A DNA stretch of 50,781 nucleotides from Rhizaria sp. SCN 62-66 (Eukaryota): contig MEDY01000213.1 in the NCBI GenBank assembly GCA_001724265.1, forward strand, positions 1 through 50,781, written 5' to 3'. Under the pieces are notes generated by a model. The model was not told the DNA's origin. It was given only the letters and a program-made list of their open reading frames with translations, and made no database searches. The translations under genes and the position numbers were made by a program. Positions 41,794-50,781 of the stretch are shown one piece after another; positions within the stretch are counted from its first letter, which is position 1, and each line of letters opens with the position of its first letter.

Positions 41794-44700
41794 TTAGTCA
41801 GCGTCGTTCATGGCCATGTGAGAGCCCGTCACAGCCATATTACCGTCGAGGTTGGCAGCATTCGCATCATCACCACTCGCCGCCGGCGCTGCATCCGTAC
41901 GCTCACTCACATCGACACCAGGAAGATCTCCATCGTTGTCATCATCTTCACCGTCAATGCTCTCAGCTTGGGCATTGGATTGCATTTGTGTCTCAGCTGC
42001 AGCAGCCGTCGCTGCCGCAGCAAGCGCTGCCGCAGAAGCCGCTGCTGCCGCGGCGGCTGCCGCGGCAGCAGCGACAGCTTGAGCCTTCTTATTTGACTGG
42101 TACGCGGCAGCCGAAGCGACGGCACGGCGGCGCTCTTGCTCGCGCATTGCGTTTTCAGCCGCGATTTGCTTGCGGATGCGGTCCTTTGCAGCCTCCTCCT
42201 CCACCTGCGCAATCGCGGCCACCTTATCGGCCCTGCGCGCGGCCGCGGCGGCCTCGTCCAGTCGCATCGCCGAGGCGTAGGCACCAAAGCCGAGTGATTC
42301 GAGCGCGCGGAACACGTCATTGCGCTCCAGTACGCCCGTAGCTGCGAACGCAGGCGCATCCTTGGCCTCTGCAAGGAGCAGGGTGAGAAACTCTTGCGCC
42401 GCCAGAGTCACCGCCGCCGCGGCCTGCGCGCTCACAACCTCAACATGCGCGGGGCCGCGCGGCGAGACGTCACTGACAACGACGTCGTCATCGTCGACAG
42501 GCACGACACCATTGTCAGCGTCGTCCATCGCACGGTCGCGGTTGATAGCCGTAGCAGTCTTTCGGCTGCCTTGATGATGACTGATCTTGTCCGCGTCCCG
42601 TGCGTGCGTGTGGGCGTCGTCGGCGGCCGTGTTGAGCACGGTCGCCACGCGCGCCATAGCCTCGCGCACCACGAGCGCGTCACGCAGCGTGAACACGCTC
42701 TCAGCGCGCTCGGGCGCGAACAGGGCCAGACCCTCAGAGTCGGGCAGCGCCGCGCGCGCGGCAGCCACGGCGGCGGGCGCGGGCGCGGGCGAGGCGGCCA
42801 CGAGCTCAGCAATCTCAGCCGAGCCGCCAGCGACGTCGGTGAGCCGGCACAGCGCACGCATCAGGAGAGCGCGCATACGTGCGGGGCACAGTGGCAGCGG
42901 GTACTGGCGCGCGGCCGCAGTGTCGGCCTGCCAGAGCGCGAGCGGCGCGGTGTACACCGCGCCCGAGTACGGGTCCGCGGGCAGCAGGAGCGATGCGGGC
43001 GCGGGTGCGGCCACAGGGACGCCCGCTGCAGCACCAGCGCTCGATAGCTGATTCGCACTTGGTTCAGTGGTGGTTTTTGAGTTGGTAGTCGGGGCGCCAG
43101 TGGCGAGCTCGCGCACGGCACGCCAGTCAACTAAGTCGCGCGCCAGGACAGCGCCATTAAAGCGAGCGAGGACGTTACTGGGAGTCTCGCCACTGTCAAT
43201 CTTCGCGCGATGAGACTCCGCATCGGCGTCAGCGATGTCGGTCTCAAGAGCCGACTCGATAAGCAGGGACACCAAGCCCTCGGGAGTCGTCTCATCAGCC
43301 TCGCCCCGGTGGTCCTCCTGGTCTGCGCAGTCACCCTCTTTAGTAATGGCGAGGTGCTGCGCCACCGTGGCGATCGCAGCGGCCAAGAACTCTTCAGAGC
43401 ACGTGTACTTATGCCACCACCCCTTGGAACGTGGAGAACCCTCACCTTCGTCGTCGTTGTCGCTGACACTGCCACCTTCACCTGCTCCGGCCTCAGCGGC
43501 CTCCATAGCCCACAGCAGAGGGCGCAGCGGTGCAGGGACAAGACGAGAGTCGAGCGAACTCGCATCCCCGGCACGCGACAGCCACGCCCCGCGCAGCGCG
43601 CCGAGCTCAGCAATGGGCTTCTCTTTCTCGAACTCACGGTACGGGTGCGACAGATACCCCCACTGGTCGTGCACACTCATCAGCGTGCCTTCGGCGATGC
43701 GCGCCGCGCCGTGGCGCAGGTGCGCACCCACACTGCCGGTCGCGGCCGCCGCTGCCACAGTGGCAGGGGACATCGCCATGGTGCGCGCGGCGGCCAAGCG
43801 CTCCGACACGGCCACGGCGTCGGCCTCGGCCAGCGCGGCGGCCGTCGGCGGACCCATGGGCAGGAACGATCCGATGACGCCGCCCGTCAGCGGCTCGATG
43901 TCATCGTCCTCACCGGCCTCTTCCTCGACCACGGCGGACCAAAGTGCGGTCTCGCGCGCGGGCAAGTGCTGCGCAAAGAGTTCGCCCACGTCGGCTGCAG
44001 CGAGGGAACCCACGAGCGCGGTGACGGCGGCGTCACCCGCAGCGAAGCCGCCGACGATGGCGGTGTGTGCGCCATGCGCCTGCGACGTCGCGAGAGCGCG
44101 TGCGACGTGGGACGGAACGGCGGTCAGGGAGTCCGCGTTGCCCGCGGCCACAATGCCGCGCAGCACGGTCGTTTTGGCGCGCGCGGCGGCCAGACGGCGC
44201 CCGGAGCGCAGAGCCATAAGCGACACCAGCGCTGTGTTGGCAATCGCGAGCGGCAGCTGGACGCGCGAGAGCGTCACAGCGGTCGCCCCGGCCTCGTTGG
44301 CCAGAGCGCCCGCATTCGGCACCGCAGACGCTGCGGCCGCAGCGGCAGCGGCGGGCGAGCTCGGGTTCACAGCGACCGCGGGCGTGGAGACGGCGCGGCC
44401 AGGAGGCTTCGGAGCAGCAGAGACCGAGGCGTTTGCGGCGGCCGCGATGGCCTCAGTGACGGCAGGTGCCGGGGGCGCTTGAGTGAGCGCAGACGGGACG
44501 GGGAACGGCAGCGAAGGAAGCAGCGACGGCGGGCACCAAAGCACAAGGTTGTTGAGCTCCTGTTCCTGCGAGATTTCGACACCAGGCAGCCGTAGCGGCC
44601 CGCCCGCGGACACGGCGTAGTTGTTCACGGGCGCTCCAGAGCGCAGCGGCAGTCCAGCGGCGGAGAGAAAGTGGTAGGTGCCCGCGGTGACGCCGTCAGT

Positions 44701-47700
44701 GGCGGCCCCGACGCCGTGCTCGCGCGCTCTACACACGACGCCGTGGCTGCTTTCGAAGACCTCAGCAGCAGCCTTGGCTGCTGCAGAAGCAGCAGCCCTA
44801 AGCAACGCAGATCCCGCACCAGCTCCAGACGCAGCGCCGACGGATTCGTTGCTGGCCCTGTCCATGTTGGTCGCAAGCGTAATGACGCGCATGGCGGCGG
44901 CGGCAGCGGCGGCGGAGTCAGGCCCATCTCGGCGCGCGAAAGTCGGCAGCACGGCGGCAGTCAGCGTCGTCACCGTGGTCGCGGGGCCAATCACCACGCC
45001 TTCCGGCGTCAGGCCCGGCAGCTGCCAGAGCGCCTCAAGCGCAGTGATTGCGGCCGCGTTGAGCTGTGCCGAGCCAAAGACGGCGGGCGGGTACTGCGAG
45101 GGCAGCGGGACGCCCTCCTGCTCGCCTTGGCTGACGGCAGAAAGCGCCCACATGTCGTTCTGCCGCTGCGGGAGGCCAGTTACAGCAAGATCTGCCACCG
45201 CCGCAGAGAGGCGCGCCTATTCGTCAAGCTCATCAGTCTCCGCACCACCACTGCCATCACCAGCCCCCGCGCCAGCCCCATCGTCCACACCGGTTCCAAC
45301 GCCAGCACCATTGCCAGCAGCAGCAGCAGCAGCAGCAGAAGAAGAAGAAGGCGAAGCAGTTGCAGCCGCAACACCAAACGGGACAGTGCTATCATCAGAG
45401 TCGCCAGCCTTAGACGCGAGCGGGGCAGGGTCGACAGACGAGGCGGCGTCAGAGTTGGTCACCCCAGGCGTCTGAGCGGGACGCCTGCGCGGGGTGCTAC
45501 CCTTCGGTGGACGCTGACCTTGCGAGCGCGCATTCTTTTGCCCATGCTGCTGCAGCTGCTGTCCAGAAGAGCGACGCTCTTGCTCACGCATTGAAGCCTG
45601 TACTTCTGGAGCAAACGCGCGGAAGTTGTCTGCGTTGGCGAATAGCACAGAGTTGACTCCACGCCAATGGGCAGGATCGTGCGCTGTTGAGAGCATCACT
45701 GCGGCTGCTGTCTCGTGCGCTTGCATAGTGCCGGCATCCCCCACGGCCGCTGGCGAGCGCAGTAGCACCAAAGCCCCGCAAACCCCGCGCAGCCGCGTCA
45801 CACCGGAGCTGAGCATGTGCGAGTGATCAAAGGATGCGAGCGCTTTGGCGACGTGAGTCGTAGCATCGTTCACCAGAGCCAACGCCACAGGCGCATTTTT
45901 GTTCTCAGCAAGCGCATCGAGAACCCCGGGGCGCTGCGCAGAGGCAACCGTCACAGCGATGTTGATGCCACGCGCAAGCAGACTCACAGTTGTGTTTTCG
46001 TAGCAGTCGTACAACAGCGAGAACACTACGGCCTCAGCCCGAACTTGCGCCTGCAGACGCTCCGTACTCTCAGCCTGGGCCACATTTGCCGCATCGACCG
46101 CCGCAGTCCGCGCACTTTCAGCCATCAGCAACTGTCCAGCAGCGGATTGGGCCCTAGCAGCATCCCCACTCCCACTCGCAGCGGACACCTCCTCACGCGC
46201 ACGCGCCACATCGGCCACCGCGGCCTCTCGCGCGCGCGCTGCATGTTCTGCAGCCGCGACAGCGCGCGAGGCCGCAGCGCCCGCTGCAAGGGCGGCGTCG
46301 ATGGCGCGGAGCGCGTCAGTCGCGGTCACCAAGCCACCAGGCAGCGGGTGCGGCGAGTTGAGCCGCCAGCGCACCGGTTCAGCGAAGATCCCAGCGGCGT
46401 AGCTGGATGCCATCACGACGCCCGTGGTGCGCGCGGCCTCGGCGATGGTGGGATCACCCCACCACGCCACGGCGGGCGTGTCAAGCGCGAGCGTCAGCAC
46501 GCCGCCGAGCCGCATCGCGGTCGCGGCCATGAGCCACGGCGCAACGGTCGAGGCGTTCACCGGCAGCGCCGAGTTGGCCGCGAAAGCTTGCTGCAACACT
46601 GTCGGTGATGCTGTCAGCGTCGTCATCAGACTCGACAGCGCTCTTGCTGCGGAACGCGAGGCCGTGATGGCTGCAGCAACCGCACCTTCGGCAGTCTCGC
46701 GCGTGACCTGTGCCGCCTTCTGTGCCGCCTCGAAGCGGACCATGGCGGCAGCCACTGCCGGTGGCACCGCGGCGTTCATGCGGCGCAGTGCGCCGGCGGG
46801 ACCACGGGCACTTTCAGCTGCGTTCTTCGCCAGAGCGAGGGCCTCCGTCGCGGCCGCGAGCTCACGCTCGCACGAGGCGATGAAGCCAAGCGCCGTGTGA
46901 GCAGTTCCGGACGCGACCCGCGCGGCGGCCACCAGGCGCTCCAAGTCAGCGGGGCAAGCCAGGCCGTGGATGCGGGCGGTGTCGATGGCGGCCGCGAGCG
47001 AGATCAGCGGCAACGGCGCAGCAGGGAGCGCGCTGCCCGCCGCACTCGTGCCTGCGGCAACGGCCGCCGCAGTCTCAGGCGCCGCAGCAAGTTTCGACAA
47101 CAACAATGACGGCGCCTGCGTGCGCCACAGAGCAGCCAGGTGAAACAGATCTTTGCCGGATGCCACTGCGTCGACCGTGGTGATCGCCAACGCAGCGGCG
47201 TCGAGCTCGGGCCCGCCAGCACAGCGCGTCTGCATCGTGGTGCGCATGAGGCCCCAGTCACGCGCTAGCACGCCGTCGAGCGCGGCCTCCAGGGCAGCTT
47301 CCGCGTCGAAAAAGGCAATGCCCTCGCCCTCAGACGCGGGAACCGGCGCATAGGCTGCGGGCACAGACCACGGGCAGCGGTTGCCGAGCACAAACCCGTG
47401 TACACTGGCGGCAACGCTCGCCGCAGGCGAGTTAGCAGCAGCCAGCACGCCGAAGGGCGCGGGTAGCGGCCGCGGCGCCGCGGCGGCCGCGGCGGGCAGC
47501 GAAGCGGCAGCGAGCACCGGGGTCGAGCCCATGTTGGTGGCGGCGGTGGCAAGAGCGACGGCGGCCTCAACCGCAGCTGAGTCAGAGCGGTGCGCCGCCG
47601 CGGTGTCGAAACAAAGCCGCAGCCAGTGCGAGAGATGGAGGGCGAGCAGCACGCGCTTGAGCCAGATCGCGAACGTCGTGTGCGTGTACGGCACAGGGTG

Positions 47701-48231
47701 GAGCATCAACAGTTCGTACAGTGCGCTGAAAGTCGACGAGTGCTTTGGGGCCGCAAAGCTGGCAAATGCGACGTAAGCCTGGATAGAGGATGCCGGCACG
47801 TCGGGTAGCAGTTGGGGTTTCTCAGCCTCGGTCACGAACGAGAGATCAACAGCAGCGCGGAGTACGAAGGAGACTGCAGTGACTGGGATGGCCTCTGTGT
47901 CCGGCGCGTCGCCAGGGTGCGGAAGCGCAAGGTTAAACAGCGCCATCACGGGCTGCGCCCATGCATGAAGCATTCGAAGCGCAGGTAATGGTAGGCGCAT
48001 AAGGACTGGACAGTTGCAGTGTAGGGTCAGCTGCGTCGTGGCAATGAGCTGGTTGAGTTCACTGTGTGAGGGGAGCGTCGTCGCTGACTCGCTTTCTGAA
48101 ACAGCCAAACGAAATGCAGCAGAAGCAGCCGCAATAATGGCTGGCGAGATCTCGTATGTGGCATCATGCGCTGGAGCTGGAGTCGCGTTATGAGGGCCGT
48201 TGGCGTCCGGGGGGACGGGGCTGGACGACAT
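41794..48231 (-). CDS. Giant Ala-rich protein with a C-terminal NC2beta/Dr1 (NF-YB-type) histone-fold-like segment; 2145 aa if the TAG at 45217-45219 is sense
   Basis: ORFs 45217-48279 and 41794-45198 are in the same frame, separated by TAG plus 6 sense codons (ARLSAA). AAQEFLTLLLAEAKD...LERNDVFRALESLGFGAY resembles Dr1 helices 2-3. ATG at 48231; ends TAA. Confidence 0.65.
45217..45219 (-). other. In-frame TAG no. 4 (candidate sense codon)
   Basis: Minus strand reads GAG CTT GAC GAA TAG GCG CGC CTC TCT GCG GCG GTG GCA GAT; there is no intergenic space. Confidence 0.75.
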
Positions 48232-48783
48232 GGCGAGCGAGGGCGAGTGGACTCGACAGAACGGGCCGGGTTGCGGCACAGGGTTAGGGCGAAACTGACT
48301 GCCACGTCTAAAAAACAGTCAATCAACACAACTTTCCCTTCCTTCTGGTATCGATGTACGCTGAAAAGAGATATAAGAAGTAGACGTCGGTGCGGATCAA
48401 TGACGCAGGATGGTGCGAAATGAGCTTGATGAGTGTGGGTGAAGAAGTGATATCTTCAGCTGATGTCGTTAATATAAAGACGTCTTATAAAGCAATGTCA
48501 TACAAAAGCCATCAGTTCATCTGGAAACATTGTTAACATTCTATTCCACGATCATTTGACATCTATTTTTGAAGTTGATTTTTGCGCGGGACAGTGGTGG
48601 CGACTGCGCCAATGGTGGGTGGGCTGAAAAAAGAGCCAGGATGCACATCATCTTTCGCTTGGAATATCTTTGTCTGTGATTCGTCAATCACGAGTTTAAG
48701 TTTGATTTCCGACCTAAAGATAGGTTGAGCGTTTGGACAGTTTATACGATCTGTGGTAGCACGCGCGTTACCCCGCCAGTGTC

Positions 48784-50540
48784 ATGTCTTCGCCTGCTTC
48801 GTCAGCTGATCTGGTCTCTTCGACTCCTTGCACTGTCGAGCAGCCTTCAAGTCCTGCCACACCCTCACCCGACTCATCCAACGCTCCAGCGGACGCCACT
48901 CCCGAGTCCCCTTATGCGATGCCTGCACCAGCGTTGGTAGACCCAGCCGAAAGCCTGTCGTGCACGCTGTGCCTGTCCCTGTTTCACGACCCTGTGACAG
49001 TCGGGTGCGGTCACACCTTCTGTCGCCACTGCCTGCTCCAGGCTGTTGCCGCTAAGCCCTCATGCCCGCTTTGCCGCGCAGAAATTACCACACACGTGGA
49101 GACGGCGGCGCCAAACCAGGTATGTCCCGATCATACTTTTATAGATGCCCCTTCAAACGATGTCACCACAAACAACAAATCCCTCACATGCGCACACTTC
49201 AATATCTTCTCTCTGCTTCTCGCTTTCTCATTCTATGATTCACCTTCACTCCCACTATTATTACCTAGACCATCGCGGCGCTGATCGCGCAACATTGGCC
49301 CGCGCACGTATCATCCCGCGCGCGCGAGACGGCGCTGTCCCCGCGCCGCACACGCGCCACCGCCTACGGCGTCTTCGTGCTCGACGCCACGCACTTCCCC
49401 GGCGAGCGCGCGCAGTTCTACATCTTCGAGCTGTGCTACCGCGTTATGGTGTCCCGCGCCGTCGCCTCGCACCGCTCGTTCGTGCTGCTGAACCGCGACG
49501 AGCTGCCCCCGCACCTGCAGCACGGCCCCGGCCCCGGCAGCCACGCGCCGCGCCCCGCCGACCCGCCCCAGCCTCCCCAGGCTGATGGACAGCAGCAGCA
49601 GCTGCTGCAGCAGCAGCAGAGCGGCGCGGCGGAAGAGCGGCGCCCGATGGGCGTGATGTTTAAGATCGCGACGAGCCGCGCGTTCCCTGACGGCCGGCTG
49701 CAGATCGCCGGCGAGTGCGGCCCGCGCGTATGGCTCGACGGCCCGGGCGTAGACCGCGACGCATTCGGGCTGCTCACCACCGCCATCACGCTCGTCGAAG
49801 ACCGCGACGACGACGACGACGGCGGCGGCGCTGAGCAGCAGGAGGAGGACGGCAGCGACAGCGGCAGCGGCAGCGGGGACGCGGGTCGTGCGCGCGCTAC
49901 GAGCGCCGTTGCGAGTGCGGGCTACGTTGATGCAACGGTCGTTTTTGAAGAGCAGAAGCAACAACATGATGGCCCAGAGGGCGGTGTTAATGGCCAGGAG
50001 GGCCGTCTTGACGACGACAAAGAAGAGGGTATAGATGCCAACGAAGGTGAGGGCCTGCGCGACCGTCGCCCTGTCGCTGCCTTGTCAGCACCATCATCTT
50101 CATCGCTGTCTGCTCCTGCGCCTGCTGAGGTTTCTGTTTCTGCATCGCAGTCGGAGTCGCCGTCGCCGCCGTCCCGCCCGGCACTGCGCCCGCTGCTCGC
50201 CTCGCTGTTCCCGCTCATCACGGCGATGATCGCGCGCTCTGGGCTCTCGACGCCGGCCTTCGCGGCGCGCTACGGGCCCGTACCGGCGGACGCGGCCGCG
50301 ATCCCGTTCTGGGTCGCCGCCACAGTGCCCGACCAGCCGCGCCTCAAGCGCGCGCTGCTGCACGCGCGCGGGCCGCGGGAGCGCGCCTGGCTGGCCGGCG
50401 AGCTGCTGCGGCGCGACGCGCTGGGCGCCGACTGGGGACAGTGGGCGCGCGGGCTCATCACGGGGCAGAACCGTAGCACGGCGATCCTGGTCGCGTTTCT
50501 GCTGCTTGTGGTGGTTAAGTTCGTCAAGTCGCCCGCGTGA
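48784..50540 (+). CDS. RING finger plus LON substrate-binding domain protein (LONRF-like E3 ligase) with a C-terminal hydrophobic anchor; exons 48784-49119 and 49269-50540 (535 aa)
   Basis: C3HC4 [29 protein letters not shown]...CPLCR. LON-N motifs [27 protein letters not shown] and FPDGRLQI. Terminal segment [14 protein letters not shown]. Ends TGA. Confidence 0.88.
49120..49268 (+). other. Spliceosomal intron of the RING-LON gene (149 nt)
   Basis: GTATGT...TTATTACCTAG; phase 0, joins APNQ to [11 protein letters not shown] in frame with ORF 49377-50540. Confidence 0.88.
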
Positions 50541-50781
50541 GAGGCTTGCGTGGCGACGAGACACGGATCAGTGCGAGGAGATGACTACGCAGTGTATGAT
50601 ACTTAGTGAGAGTGATTTTCCAATTGTGGTTTGGCAAGAGGCCACGAGTGATCACAGACGAATGCTGGCCAAATAAAATCGAAATAACCCCTATGTAGCG
50701 TCAACTAAAAAACGCCAAAAACGCAGTTTTCGGCAGGTAACTTCCACAATAGAAATCTCTGTGAAATAATCGTCAAAGCTT

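Noticed and set aside
6077-48231. Calling the four TAG-containing genes pseudogenes
   Set aside because: No frameshifts or other stop types occur across several thousand codons, key motifs are intact in the NRPS and RMD domains, and every interruption is the same codon.
1-50781. CRISPR arrays, transposases, rRNA and prokaryotic operon features
   Set aside because: None seen; the sequence is eukaryotic nuclear DNA with spliceosomal introns.

Overview
Gene-dense nuclear DNA of an unidentified mitochondriate microbial eukaryote. Coding regions are very GC-rich and full of Ala/Gly low-complexity insertions, intergenic spacers are short and AT-rich, and a few 119-153 nt GT-AG introns are present. 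I call 16 protein genes: RPS13 (partial), RRS1, an RMDN-family protein, an ARM-like plus degenerate cyclophilin protein, a giant cNMP-binding protein, mitochondrial L36, a possible divergent NDUFA8, a Pls-type NRPS, a NEDD8-like modifier, ATM1/ABCB7, eIF2B-epsilon, a KDEL protein, a mitochondrial thioredoxin, SLU7, a giant protein with an NC2beta-like histone fold, and a RING-LON protein. Main signal: four long genes are each interrupted by one in-frame TAG (4343, 8021, 21048, 45217) with coding sequence continuing in frame, while all 16 apparent terminators are TAA (8) or TGA (8). This points to a nuclear genetic code in which only UAG is a sense codon (Leu or Gln, not decidable here). Second signal: an epsilon-poly-L-lysine-synthetase-like membrane NRPS with a Lys-type specificity code, fused to a remnant condensation domain across one of those TAGs. 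Third signal: most start codons sit just downstream of a splice-acceptor-like site, suggesting 5'UTR introns or trans-splicing. All family assignments come from recognising motifs by eye, not from database searches.
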